Source of the DNA: Dehalococcoidia bacterium
Lineage (GTDB): Bacteria > Chloroflexota > Dehalococcoidia > Lucifugimonadales > Australimonadaceae
Reading direction: 5' to 3'
NCBI GenBank assembly: GCA_965220205.1
Contig: OZ244812.1
Span: 1,705,678 to 1,769,677 of the forward strand
Length of the DNA: 64,000 bases
Shown here: one piece after another, positions 17,505 through 26,874 of the stretch
Layout of the letters: every line of letters starts with the position of its first letter
Position numbering within the stretch: position 1 is the stretch's first letter
Notes under the pieces: model-generated
Databases searched by the model: none
The model's input: the letters and a program-made list of their open reading frames with translations, nothing else
What the model was told of the DNA's origin: nothing
Position numbers and translations under genes: made by a program

Positions 17505-18557
17505 CTACGTCTGAGACGCGCCCCGGAACGCAGCGAGCAACCGGGCCGCCGCCTCGCAGGGGTCCTCCGCGGCCGAGACCGCCGCGATCACGCAGATGCC
17601 GTCCGCCCCCGCCGCAGCGACCTCTGCCGCGTTCTCCTCGGTGACGCCGCCGATCGCCACCAAGGGAGTACCGTCCGCCGGTACGGCTCCGCGCACCGCC
17701 CACAGCGTCTCGGGCCCAGCTGGGCGCGTATCCGGCTTCGACTGCGTGGGGAACATGCGTCCCACCGCGATGTAGTCGGCTCCGCCGTTCAGCGACGCCA
17801 ACGCCTCGCCGGCCAACGCATTGGAGGTGCCCGCGACCTGCCACGGCGTCAGCACCTCGCGCGCGCGGTTCAACGGGAGGTCGTGCTGACCAAGATGGAC
17901 GCCGTGCGCCCCTGCGGCGACCGCGACGTCGGGATGGTCGTTGATGACGAGCGCGGCGCCCTGGGCCTCGCAGGCCTCGCGGACCCGGACCGCGAGCTCC
18001 AGCCAATCGCCCTTGTCCCTATTCTTCACCCGGAGCTGGACCGCCGTGGCGCCGCCGGCCAGCGCCTGCTCCGCCACCCATGCGGCGTCGCGCCCGTTCG
18101 TCTGCTCGGGGTCGACGATGACGTAGAGGCCCCGGAACGCCTCTGCCGTCCGCCGCCGGAAGCCGGACGCCGACGCCAGCTCGACGCCCGCGAGCACACC
18201 GGCCAGCTCGGTCAGATGCGCGTGCTCGGAGTCGTGGGGGATCAGCGCCGTGCTCACGTCGGCCAGCGTACGGAGCGCGCCCGCGAGCGCGACGTACCGG
18301 TGCTCGAGGCCCCCGGGCCACGCCAGGTTGGCCACGTCGGCGGACGCGCGGTCGAAGGCCGCGATAGCCTCGGCCGCAATGTGGTCGAGCCCGAGCGCTT
18401 GGGCCGTCCGCAGCCGCGAGCGGGCGCGGTCGTCAGCCCCCTCGCCGCTCAACGACGCCGCTAGGTCCCCGCGCAAGTGCTGCACAGCGCCCAGCAGCCA
18501 CTCCCGCGTGAAGTGCGGCGCTTCCTGCCCCGCCGTGCCCTCGCTCGTGCTCGTCAT
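17505..18557 (-). CDS. thiE: Thiamine-phosphate synthase with an N-terminal extension of about 140 aa
   Basis: The C-terminal ~210 aa is ThiE-like ([56 protein letters not shown]). Start chosen at ATG 18557 behind AGGTGAGG. ATG 18584 is an alternative. The rest of the 625-aa tracked ORF overlaps the opposite-strand hydrolase gene. Confidence 0.8.
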   Translation of the reverse strand: MTSTSEGTAGQEAPHFTREWLLGAVQHLRGDLAASLSGEGADDRARSRLRTAQALGLDHIAAEAIAAFDRASADVANLAWPGGLEHRYVALAGALRTLADVSTALIPHDSEHAHLTELAGVLAGVELASASGFRRRTAEAFRGLYVIVDPEQTNGRDAAWVAEQALAGGATAVQLRVKNRDKGDWLELAVRVREACEAQGAALVINDHPDVAVAAGAHGVHLGQHDLPLNRAREVLTPWQVAGTSNALAGEALASLNGGADYIAVGRMFPTQSKPDTRPAGPETLWAVRGAVPADGTPLVAIGGVTEENAAEVAAAGADGICVIAAVSAAEDPCEAAARLLAAFRGASQT

Positions 18558-18704
18558 CGCCTCACCTGCTCGTCGATCGGACATGGGCCAGTATATCAGC
18601 GGCCCCCGCTCCCCTACGCTCCCCGCCCATGACCCTCGCCCTGGCTTCCGGCGCAACGACCGGCGACAATGCTCGAAGCAACACAGCAACACAAGGGAGC
18701 GGCC

Positions 18705-19439
18705 ATGGACATCACCGAGCGGGTCATCGACATCCAGACAGCCGACGGGCCGATGGCGGCCCCGTGGGCCCAACCCGCGACGGGCGGACCCCACCCCGCC
18801 GTGGTCGTCGTCATGGAGGCGTTCGGCGTGAACGCGAACATCACCGGCATCGCCGCCCGCTTCGCCGAGCAGGGCTACGTCGCCGTCGCGCCCGACCTCT
18901 TCCACCGCGCGGGCCGCCTCCGCTACGCCCCCTACGACAAGCTCCAGGAGATGCGCGCCGAGCTCCGCGTCGGGTTCAGCGACGCGTCCATCGACGCCGA
19001 CATCCAGGCGGCCATCGACCGCCTCCGCGCCGACCCCGGCGTCAGCGGCGCCGTCGGCATCGTAGGCTTCTGTCTCGGCGGACGCATCGCCTTGCAGTCG
19101 GCCGTCCGGGCCCGCGGCCTCTCGGCGGCGGCCCTCTACTACGGCGGTTTCATGTTCCCCGGCGACGATCAGCCCGAGGCCTTCTCCGCCCTCGCGGAGT
19201 CGCCCAACCTGAACATCCCCATCGTCGGCTTCTTCGGCAACGACGACCAGAACCCCACGCCGGAGCAGGCGCGCGCCCTCGACGACCGGTTGACGGCCCT
19301 CGGCAAGGACCATCGCTTCCACTACTACGACGGCGCCGCCCACGGCTTCTTCTGCGACGACAGGTCGAGCCACCACCCGCAAGCCTCCGCGGACGCATGG
19401 GAGAAGACCTTGGCGTTCTTCGAGCAGACCTTGCGGTAG
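18705..19439 (+). CDS. Dienelactone hydrolase family protein
   Basis: ATG 18705 behind AAGGGAG. PAVVVVMEAFGVN, nucleophile motif GFCLGG, C-terminal HGF. Length is about 244 aa. Confidence 0.85.
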   Translation: MDITERVIDIQTADGPMAAPWAQPATGGPHPAVVVVMEAFGVNANITGIAARFAEQGYVAVAPDLFHRAGRLRYAPYDKLQEMRAELRVGFSDASIDADIQAAIDRLRADPGVSGAVGIVGFCLGGRIALQSAVRARGLSAAALYYGGFMFPGDDQPEAFSALAESPNLNIPIVGFFGNDDQNPTPEQARALDDRLTALGKDHRFHYYDGAAHGFFCDDRSSHHPQASADAWEKTLAFFEQTLR

Positions 19440-19560
19440 GGTCAGCTGTCGAGTGGGCTACTCCCCGGGCAGGCTGCCGCCGCCGACCCAGCCCCTGGCC
19501 GCGCGAGGGTCTAGCCCGCCCCTTGCCGCTTGCGGCCCGGCTCCGGGACAATGCGGACCC

Positions 19561-20244
19561 ATGATCGATGATGCGGCAACCCGGTTCGGCGAGGTCGTCG
19601 AGGCGTCCGTCGAGACGCTGATCGGCCAGTGCCACCGGCTCTACGAGGCCCCTCCGTTGGGCACGCTCGTGCGGGCCGGGGACGATGTCTACGGCGTCGT
19701 CAGCGGCATCGTCACGAGCGCGCTCGACCCCACGCGACGCGTCATCGCGCGGGGCGCCGACGCTGCGACCGAGTCCGAGGTCTACGCCGCGCACCCGCAG
19801 CTCGAACGTCTGCTGCGCACCGACGTTACGATCGCCGTCGTCGGTCACCGGCCGCCGGCGGACGACGCGCCTCGACGGAACGACGGCCCGTTCGCCCAGT
19901 ACCTGCCGCCGCTCCCGCCGCGCATCCACACGTTCCTCTACGCCTGCAGCGCCGCGGAGGCCCGCGCGTTCCTTGGTCTAGACGGAGGGGGTTTCGGCGG
20001 AGGGGGCTTGGACGGCAAGCGCGGGGGCGCCGCGTCCGTCAGGCTCGATTTCGTCTCGCTGCTCATCGGAGGGGGGCCGGCGGACGACGACGTGCTCGCC
20101 GCTGCGCTGCGCCGTGCGTCGCTCGCGTTCGACGCGCCCGCCGAGTTCCTCCTGGCAGCGAGCCGGGCGGTCGCGGTCCTGCTGGCCAACGACACGGCAA
20201 GGCTCAACACCATTCTGCGGCGGTTGCCGCTGGACCAGAGCTAG
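19561..20244 (+). CDS. Hypothetical protein with a HAS-barrel-like N-terminus (partner of the HerA-like ATPase)
   Basis: ATG 19561. FGEVVEASVETLIGQCHRLYEAPPLGTLVRAGDDVYGVVSGIV resembles the HerA N-terminal barrel. Gly-rich linker (GGGFGGGGLDGKRGG). No Walker motifs. The stop lies 11 nt before the ATPase start. Confidence 0.55.
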   Translation: MIDDAATRFGEVVEASVETLIGQCHRLYEAPPLGTLVRAGDDVYGVVSGIVTSALDPTRRVIARGADAATESEVYAAHPQLERLLRTDVTIAVVGHRPPADDAPRRNDGPFAQYLPPLPPRIHTFLYACSAAEARAFLGLDGGGFGGGGLDGKRGGAASVRLDFVSLLIGGGPADDDVLAAALRRASLAFDAPAEFLLAASRAVAVLLANDTARLNTILRRLPLDQS

Positions 20245-20255
20245 GAGGAGCGGGC

Positions 20256-21902
20256 TTGCAGGACGAACGCCAAGAGGCAGGCGGCGGGGTCGGCGAGGGA
20301 GCGGGCGAGGACCTGGGCATCGTGGCCGGCGGCTCGCTGTCCAGCGGGCTCGACGTGCGGCTGAGCGACTCCGCGGCGGTCGAGACGGCGAAGGTCGGGA
20401 CATTCGTCGTAGTGCACGGCACCGCGAACCGGTTCTTCGGCATCATCACGGACCTCTCGCTCGAGAGCTCCGACGCGCGCCTCGCGTCGAGTCTCGGCCA
20501 CATGGACCCGGCGATGCCGCGAGTGCTCGCGGGCGCCGGCGTATTCGCTCAGGCGCGCGTAACGCCGATGCTGGCCACTGGCGTCGGCGAGGAGGGCCCG
20601 CAGCCGGCCCGGTCGCTCCCCGGCCACTTCGCTCCCGTGAGGCGCGCGAGCAACGAGGACGTGCAGGAGGTGTTCGGCGCCGAGGACGCCCGGCACGTCT
20701 ACATCGGTAGTCCGTTGGACATGGAGGACACGCGCGTCTGCTTGGACCTCGAGGAGCTCGTGAAACGCTCCAACGGCGTGTTCGGGAAGAGCGGGTCCGG
20801 CAAGAGTTTCCTGACCCGCATCCTCTTGGCCGCGGTCCTCCAGCGGGACGTGGCCACGAATCTCGTGTTCGACATGCACGGCGAGTACGGCTGGCAGGCG
20901 ACCTCCGAGTCGGGCTACGCCGCCAAGGGGCTCAGACAGCTGTTCGGCAACCGCGTGTCGGTGTTCTCGCTGGACGCGGACTCGGCCCGCATTCGCCGGC
21001 TCTCGCCCGACGTCGATGTCCGCATCGGGCTGAACGAGATCGAGCCCGAGGACATCGCCATCCTCGCTGGGACGCTCGGTATCTCCGAGGCGGGGCTCAA
21101 CGCCTGCTACGAGCTTCACGCGCGCCATGGGGAGAACTGGATACGCGACTTCATGGCGGACGACGGCGAGGCTATCCGGCAGCTCTCGAGCCAGGGCGAG
21201 CACCAAGGCGCTCTCGAGGCCCTCCGCCGCAAGCTCCGGACCCTCGCGCGCATCGGGTTCGTCACCGACCATCGCGTCGCGCCGGGCGCGAGCGCCGTCA
21301 AGCGCGTCCTCGAACACCTCGAGGACAACCGCCACGTGGTCCTCGAGTTCGGACGCTACGGCGACGACCTGACCGCGTATCTGCTGGCGGCGAACCTGAT
21401 CACACGGCGCATCCACGACGCGTACCGCCGGCGGACCGAGGCGGCGATGGCGGAGAACGCCAGACCGCCCAAGCCGCTCGTCATCACCATCGAGGAGGCC
21501 CACCGCTTCCTCAGCCCCGGCGTCGCGGCCCAGACGATCTTCGGCACGATCGCGCGAGAGATGCGCAAGTACCGCGTCACCCTACTCGTCGTCGACCAGC
21601 GTCCGTCGGGCATCGACGACGAGGTGCTCAGCCAGCTCGGCACCCGCATCACGTGTCAGCTCGACAACGACCGCGACGTGGACGCCGTCCTGCGCGGCGC
21701 GCCCGGCTCGCGCGAGATGCGGTCCGTGCTGTCGCGCCTCGAATCGCAGCAGCAAGCGCTCATCTTCGGGCACGCGCTGCCCATGCCGGTCGTCGTTCGG
21801 ACCCGCGACTACAACCAGTTCGCGGCCGAGGTCGCCGTGCCGGGCTACGGCCTCGCGCAGACCGCCCCCTTCGACAAGCGCGACCTCTTCGGCTCGCCCT
21901 AG
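20256..21902 (+). CDS. HerA/FtsK-like ATPase (DUF87-type)
   Basis: TTG 20256, 7 nt after AGGAGG. N-terminal barrel (GTFVVVHGTANRFFGIITDLSL), Walker A GKSGSGKS, Walker B region LVITIEEAHRF, LLVVDQRPSGID. About 548 aa. Confidence 0.85.
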   Translation: MQDERQEAGGGVGEGAGEDLGIVAGGSLSSGLDVRLSDSAAVETAKVGTFVVVHGTANRFFGIITDLSLESSDARLASSLGHMDPAMPRVLAGAGVFAQARVTPMLATGVGEEGPQPARSLPGHFAPVRRASNEDVQEVFGAEDARHVYIGSPLDMEDTRVCLDLEELVKRSNGVFGKSGSGKSFLTRILLAAVLQRDVATNLVFDMHGEYGWQATSESGYAAKGLRQLFGNRVSVFSLDADSARIRRLSPDVDVRIGLNEIEPEDIAILAGTLGISEAGLNACYELHARHGENWIRDFMADDGEAIRQLSSQGEHQGALEALRRKLRTLARIGFVTDHRVAPGASAVKRVLEHLEDNRHVVLEFGRYGDDLTAYLLAANLITRRIHDAYRRRTEAAMAENARPPKPLVITIEEAHRFLSPGVAAQTIFGTIAREMRKYRVTLLVVDQRPSGIDDEVLSQLGTRITCQLDNDRDVDAVLRGAPGSREMRSVLSRLESQQQALIFGHALPMPVVVRTRDYNQFAAEVAVPGYGLAQTAPFDKRDLFGSP

Positions 21903-21927
21903 GGAACATCTGAATAACTCCGTCCCC
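21899..21927. repeat. Solo terminus of repeat family A
   Basis: CTAGGGAACATCTGAATAACTCCGTCCCC matches the reverse complement of the right end of family A (CTAGGGAACCTCTGAATA.CTCCGTCCC). Similarity decays after about 29 bp. Its TAG is the stop codon of the HerA-like gene. Confidence 0.5.
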
Positions 21928-22041
21928 ACCGCTTCCGGTTGCGGCGCCTCCGCCTGTCAATAACCCCCACAGGAGCTATGCCTAGGCCGTTGTTTGGCCC
22001 ATGTGGGCGATGGTATCCTTATGTCAGAGGGGGCAACGGCC

Positions 22042-23097
22042 ATGCGATTCGTCGAATACATGCAGAAAAAGGGGCATCGTGAGCTAGCGGTGTGGACCGA
22101 TACCGAAACGGGCCTCAAGGCCTTTATCGCGATCCACGACCTCACCCTCGGTCCCGCTCTCGGCGGGACGCGCATCTGGCCCCACGCGACCGACGAGGAC
22201 GCAATCATGGACGTGCTGCGTCTCGCGCGCGCCATGACCTACAAGTCCGCGGCGGCCGGCCTCAACCTCGGCGGCGGCAAGGGGCTCATCCTCGCCGACC
22301 CCCGCAAGGACAAGACCGAGGCCCTGTTGCGCTCGTACGGACGCTTCGTCGATTCGATGGGCGGACGCTACGTGACCACTGAGGACGTAGGCGCGAACGC
22401 GCAGGACATGGAGTGGATATCCCGCGAAACCGAGCACGTTGTCGGCCTCTCCGAGGAGCTCGGGGGCAGCGGCAACCCCGCCAGAGTCACCGGGTTCGGC
22501 GTGTACCAGGCCATGCGGGCCTGCGCCGAGGCCGCCTGGGGCTCCGACTCCCTCGAGGGCCGCACCGTGGCGATGCAGGGTTTCGGCAACGTGGCCTCTT
22601 CCATCGCGGTCCATGTGAAGGAAGCGGGCGCCAAGCTCGTCGTAACCGACATCAACGACGCGGCCATCGCTAAGGCCGAGGCCATGGGCGTCGCCGCCAT
22701 CGTCGAGCCCGACGCCATCTTCGACGTCGAGTGCGACGTCTTCGCGCCGTGCGCGCTGGGCGGGGCGCTCAACTCCGGGACGATTCCGCGGCTGCGCAGC
22801 GCCGTCGTCTGCGGCGCCGCGAATAACCAGCTTGCGGACGACGACAGCGCCGAGCAGCTCCGCAAGCGCGGGATTCTCTACGCGCCCGACTTCATCGCGA
22901 ACGCCGGCGGCGTCATCAACGTCTATTTCGAACTCGGCCGCGCGTACGACCGGGACGCGGCGATGGAAAAGACGGCCCACATCTACGACACGATGGGACG
23001 CGTCATCGCCACGTCGAATCGCGAGGACATCACCACCGCCGAGGCCGCCAACCGCATCGCCGAGGAGCGTCTGGAAGCCGCGCGCCGGGACCGGTAG
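22042..23097 (+). CDS. Leucine (branched-chain amino acid) dehydrogenase, Glu/Leu/Phe/Val dehydrogenase family
   Basis: ATG 22042 behind GAGGGGG. MRFVEYMQKKGHRELAVWTD..., GPALGGTRIW, KSAAAGLNLGGGKG, GRYVTTEDVG, NAD-binding site GFGNVA. Confidence 0.88.
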   Translation: MRFVEYMQKKGHRELAVWTDTETGLKAFIAIHDLTLGPALGGTRIWPHATDEDAIMDVLRLARAMTYKSAAAGLNLGGGKGLILADPRKDKTEALLRSYGRFVDSMGGRYVTTEDVGANAQDMEWISRETEHVVGLSEELGGSGNPARVTGFGVYQAMRACAEAAWGSDSLEGRTVAMQGFGNVASSIAVHVKEAGAKLVVTDINDAAIAKAEAMGVAAIVEPDAIFDVECDVFAPCALGGALNSGTIPRLRSAVVCGAANNQLADDDSAEQLRKRGILYAPDFIANAGGVINVYFELGRAYDRDAAMEKTAHIYDTMGRVIATSNREDITTAEAANRIAEERLEAARRDR

Positions 23098-23106
23098 CCG
23101 CCCCTC

Positions 23107-23472
23107 CTACGACAACCCCCAGTCCGTCAGCTCGGCGTCGGTGATGCCGAAGTAGTGCGCGACCTCATGAACGACGGTGTCGCGGACCTCGCTTACGACC
23201 TCGGCGCGGCTCGAGCAGATGGCTTCGATGGGTGCCTGGAAGATGGTGATGATGTCGGGCGGGACCATGTTCCCGTCGTAGCGGTCGGGCAGCGGCACAC
23301 CGACGTAGAGGCCCAGGAGCGTTTCGCCCTCCTCCATGCCAGCGCCGCTGAGCTGCCGCCTGGTCGGCCAGCGCCGCACCTGAATGTCCACGTTGTGCAT
23401 GATGTCCAGGAAGAAGTCGGGCAGCTCGGTAACGGCTTCCCGCACGATTTCTTCGAATTGCGCTTTCCGCAT
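23107..23472 (-). CDS. Zincin-like metallopeptidase family protein (DUF1025-type)
   Basis: HEVAHYFG zinc motif near the C-terminus. N-terminus MRKAQFEEIVREAVTELPDFF fits the family. No clear RBS, and a TTG at 23490 is an alternative start. Confidence 0.78.
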   Translation of the reverse strand: MRKAQFEEIVREAVTELPDFFLDIMHNVDIQVRRWPTRRQLSGAGMEEGETLLGLYVGVPLPDRYDGNMVPPDIITIFQAPIEAICSSRAEVVSEVRDTVVHEVAHYFGITDAELTDWGLS

Positions 23473-23522
23473 GATGTTGCCGAGGGCCAATGAACGAGGG
23501 AGGGATGAACGAGCGCCGGCGA

Positions 23523-24380
23523 CTACGCCGCAGCCGCAGCCTTCCGCCTGATCTCCTTCATCGTGTCCACGTTCCGCGCGTCCGGCCCCTTGTTCTCGTA
23601 GCCGGGGACCTCGAGGTAGAACGGAACGTCGCGGAACGCGGGGTGCGAGAGGATCGCGTCGAAGGCGGCGAGCCCCATCTGGCCCTCGCCGATGTTCTCG
23701 TGCCGGTCCACGGCGCCGCCGAACGGCGGCTTGGAGTCGTTACAGTGGACTGCGACCAGGTGCTGCAACCCGATCTCGCGGTCGAACTCGTCCATCGCCG
23801 ACGCCACGCCCTCGGGCGTCGTGAGGTCGTAGCCGGCCGCGAAGCTGTGCTGCGTGTCCAGACACACCTGCACGCGTGGGTCGTTCACCTCCCGCATCAT
23901 CGTGCCGAGCTCTGAGAATTTCGAACCCACGTGGTTGCCCATGCCCGCGCTGTTCTCGAGGATCAGCAGCACGTCCTCGGGCGACTGGTCGAGCACATCC
24001 CGAATGCCCTGGGCCACCTGCTCGAGGACGCCCTCGAACCCGCGCCCCTTGTGGCTGCCCAGATGGAAGATGACCCCCATCGCGCCCAGCTCCTGCGCGG
24101 CGTTCATGTACTTGATGAGCGAGCCCTTGCCACGGCTCACCAACGCTGCGTCGTCGCTCCCCAGGCTGACCAGATAGATGCCGTGGAACACGTTCGGGCC
24201 GATGTTGTGCTCGCGCGCCTTGGCCTTGAAGTCGGCGGCCACCTTCTCGTCGATGGGCTTGAAGGCCCATCCTTGCGGAGGCGACACGAACATCTGCACC
24301 GCCTCCGCCCCGATGTTCAGGGCGCGGTCGATGGCCAGGTCGGCGCTCTCCGACGATGAGACGTGTGCTCCGATCCGCAT
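23523..24380 (-). CDS. nfo: Endonuclease IV (deoxyribonuclease IV)
   Basis: ATG 24380 behind GAGGAGG. MRIGAHVS, HGIYLVSLG, IFHLGSH, ILENSAG, DTQHSFAAGYD, HCNDSK, DRHENIG, YLEVP: the Nfo metal-ligand pattern. Confidence 0.9.
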   Translation of the reverse strand: MRIGAHVSSSESADLAIDRALNIGAEAVQMFVSPPQGWAFKPIDEKVAADFKAKAREHNIGPNVFHGIYLVSLGSDDAALVSRGKGSLIKYMNAAQELGAMGVIFHLGSHKGRGFEGVLEQVAQGIRDVLDQSPEDVLLILENSAGMGNHVGSKFSELGTMMREVNDPRVQVCLDTQHSFAAGYDLTTPEGVASAMDEFDREIGLQHLVAVHCNDSKPPFGGAVDRHENIGEGQMGLAAFDAILSHPAFRDVPFYLEVPGYENKGPDARNVDTMKEIRRKAAAAA

Positions 24381-24483
24381 GATGCCTCCTCGCGCGCGGC
24401 GTACGCGGACATTATGCTGAGGCAGGCGCCTTTCGGGCAATGGCGTCGCCCGCGGGCAGAGCCACGCCGCTGCGAGGGAGCCA

Positions 24484-24894
24484 ATGTCGACAGACGCAGA
24501 GGCCTCGGGGCCGGACATCGACATTCATCAGTCCGGTCCGGCCACGGGAGGGGCTGCGTCTTGGGCCGTCTCTTTCGAGGTCGAGAACCGCGGCCCCGGT
24601 CCCGTACAACTCGTCGACGCCAGGATCCCCCATCCGAAGTACCGTGCGGCCCCGCACGAGTTCGGCGGCGAACGTCTCGCCCCCGAGACGCACGTGCGGT
24701 TCGACTGTAGCGTCGCATTCAGCGAGGCCCCAGGCGACGACGCCGAGAACGCCTTCGTCATCTTGCGGGTCGTGTGGCGCGGCCAGACCTGGCGCGTGTT
24801 GCAGAGACTCACGGTACGGGCTGGCCCGCGAGGCGAGCCTACCGCCGTCAACGAGAACATGACCGCGCACGTTGTCGGATTCGCGGGCGACTAG
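24484..24894 (+). CDS. Hypothetical protein
   Basis: 136-aa ORF with GAGGGAG 5 nt upstream and GC-rich third codon positions. Fills the gap between nfo and the dehydrogenase gene. No recognisable motif. Confidence 0.45.
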   Translation: MSTDAEASGPDIDIHQSGPATGGAASWAVSFEVENRGPGPVQLVDARIPHPKYRAAPHEFGGERLAPETHVRFDCSVAFSEAPGDDAENAFVILRVVWRGQTWRVLQRLTVRAGPRGEPTAVNENMTAHVVGFAGD

Positions 24895-25868
24895 GGAACG
24901 AGCACGATGCGGCCCACGGCGCGCCGCTCGCGCAGCTCCTCGCAGGCGGCGCGCAACCCCGCCGCGTTGAGCGTCAGTTCCCGATGAACGACGGGCGACA
25001 GCGCCCCCTCCCGCATCGCCGCGAGCGCCCGTTCGACGTGCCGCCGCTCCGCCCCTCGGCTGCCGAAGGCCTGCGCCTCGCGGAACACCGCCTCGGCCAC
25101 GGGGAACGCTGCAGCGGCCCTGCCGATCTGCCCGAGCAGCACCAGCCTGCCTCTCACGGCGAGTGAGCGGACCGCCGCGTCGACGCTTGCGCCGCCGACC
25201 GTATCGACGACGACGTCCGCTCCGGCGTCGCCGGTGAGCGCTCGCACCATCTCCGGCACGGGCGCCGCGCCGTCGTCCAACAACACGGCGTCCAGCCAGG
25301 GCTGCGCTTCGAGGACGCTGACTTTCGACTCCGACGAGGTGACGCCGAACACGCGGGCGCCAGCGGCGTGAGCTGCCTGAGCGGCATGTTGGCCGAGTCC
25401 GCCGCTCGCGCCGGTGACTACGACCGTTTCTCCCGCGGCGGCGCGCCCCACGTCGACGACCGCCTTCAGCACTACGCCCACGGGACACGCGGCGAGCGCA
25501 GCGGACGCGGCCGGCACGCCCTCCGGCACGCGGACGAGCGAGCCCGCGGGGACGGCAACCAGCTCAGCGAATCCTCCGTCGCGGACATGCCCCAGCTCGC
25601 CCGGCATGAGGACGACGGTTGCGCCAAGCCAGCCGCGCTCCACCCCTGCCCCCAACTGCTCAACGGTCCCCACTACCTCGTGGCCCAACACCAGCGGCAG
25701 CCGCACGCGCCGGCGCAGCACGCCGGTCATGACGAGGATGTCGTGATGGCACACGCCAGCCGCCGCTACTCGCACGACCGCTTCGCCGTCAGCCGGCTCA
25801 GGCGCCGGGAGTTCACGGTCGGCGACGCCTGGGACCTCGCCGGCCGAGTCGAGTACGACTGCTCTCAT
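24891..25868 (-). CDS. Zinc-type alcohol dehydrogenase / quinone oxidoreductase (MDR superfamily)
   Basis: 325 aa. GVCHHD, GHEVVGTV, and a VVVTGASGGLG-type nucleotide-binding site. Confidence 0.85.
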   Translation of the reverse strand: MRAVVLDSAGEVPGVADRELPAPEPADGEAVVRVAAAGVCHHDILVMTGVLRRRVRLPLVLGHEVVGTVEQLGAGVERGWLGATVVLMPGELGHVRDGGFAELVAVPAGSLVRVPEGVPAASAALAACPVGVVLKAVVDVGRAAAGETVVVTGASGGLGQHAAQAAHAAGARVFGVTSSESKVSVLEAQPWLDAVLLDDGAAPVPEMVRALTGDAGADVVVDTVGGASVDAAVRSLAVRGRLVLLGQIGRAAAAFPVAEAVFREAQAFGSRGAERRHVERALAAMREGALSPVVHRELTLNAAGLRAACEELRERRAVGRIVLVP

Positions 25869-25972
25869 TCGCCGCTCCGCATGTGTTCGTTGCGCTCGCT
25901 AGGTTCGGGGCGCCCGTTCAGCGTACTGTAGACTGGGCGTCCTACTCGCCACGCAGCAAGAGAAGGAGGAGC

Positions 25973-26737
25973 ATGAACACCGACGATTTTGTCGCCGAAC
26001 TCTGGGAGTACGCGCTGCAGGCGCCAATGCGCGAGCACCCGTGGTTCCAAGGCATCGCCCAGCACCGGTGGACCCGCGAGGAGATCATCGTCGGCGAGGT
26101 CCAACACTATCTGCGGGTCCGGCAGAACCCGGTCTACTTCGGGTACATCGCCGTCAACGCCGCCATCGAGCGCCAGCCCGGGCTTACGGAGGTCGTGCTG
26201 CAGAACTACATTGAGGAGCTGGCCGGCGATCGGAGCCACGTGGACATCATGTTCCAGTTTCTCGAGGAAGGGGGCGTGAGCCGGGAGGAGGCGGACTCCG
26301 CGGACCCCGCTCCGGGCACGCTCGCCGCAATCGAGATGATCCTGGGGCACTGCCAGCGGCGTTCGGCGCTCGAGGGCATCGCCATGCTGGCGTTCGTCGA
26401 GAGTCAACACGGAGGCGCCGACGGCGCCGCGGCTCTCGCGTACCCCGCGCTCACCGGCTACTACGGGTTCTCCGAGCACGCAGCCGAGACATACAGAATC
26501 CACGCGGAGCAGGATGTCTCCCACGGGGCGAGTCAGATCGAGATGCTCCGCCTCCTGGCCACGGACGATGAGTCTCAGGAGCGCGTGCGGCGCGCCGTGA
26601 AGCTGGGCACCGAGGCGTGGAACCTGGAGTGGGACGGTCACGTGCAGGCGATCACCGGCCGCCGCGAGTACTGGGACGGGGGCGACCGCCGCCTGCTGCT
26701 GCGAAGGCCAACGATCCGGCTCCCGCAGCCCACCTAG
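25973..26737 (+). CDS. Heme-oxygenase-like fold protein (TenA/PqqC-like iron-containing redox enzyme family)
   Basis: ATG 25973 behind GAAGGAGGAG. All-helical, with spaced E/H residues (YIEELAGDRSHVDIMFQF, AFVESQHGG, HAEQDVSHG) as in this family. Assignment is by eye. Confidence 0.6.
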   Translation: MNTDDFVAELWEYALQAPMREHPWFQGIAQHRWTREEIIVGEVQHYLRVRQNPVYFGYIAVNAAIERQPGLTEVVLQNYIEELAGDRSHVDIMFQFLEEGGVSREEADSADPAPGTLAAIEMILGHCQRRSALEGIAMLAFVESQHGGADGAAALAYPALTGYYGFSEHAAETYRIHAEQDVSHGASQIEMLRLLATDDESQERVRRAVKLGTEAWNLEWDGHVQAITGRREYWDGGDRRLLLRRPTIRLPQPT

Positions 26738-26874
26738 GGATCCTCTGAACAACGCGCTGATGCTCTCAGCAGTAGCGGAAGGGAGAGACTGGGAGCCCCC
26801 TCAATCCGTTCGTGGGACCCTTCGACGGGCTCAGGGCGAACGGATTTGGGACGGAGTATTCAGAGGTTCCCTAG
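26734..26874. mobile_element. MITE-like repeat family A, full copy 2 (141 bp)
   Basis: TIRs CTAGGGATCCTCTGAA ... TTCAGAGGTTCCCTAG. Same length as copy 1. The left-end TAG is the stop codon of the preceding CDS. Confidence 0.7.

Noticed and set aside
18558-18704. Possible TPP (THI-box) riboswitch upstream of thiE
   Set aside because: The minus-strand leader has GGGGAGCGGGGGCCGCUGAUAUACUGG. It lacks the conserved CUGAGA and ACCUGAUCUGGAUAAUGCCAGCG-type elements, and the gap to the divergent gene is short.
18585-19382. N-terminal 266 aa of the 625-aa tracked ORF containing thiE
   Set aside because: This part overlaps the well-supported plus-strand dienelactone hydrolase gene and is Val/Gly/Asp/Arg low complexity. 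An ATG with a good RBS (AGGTGAGG) occurs at 18557.
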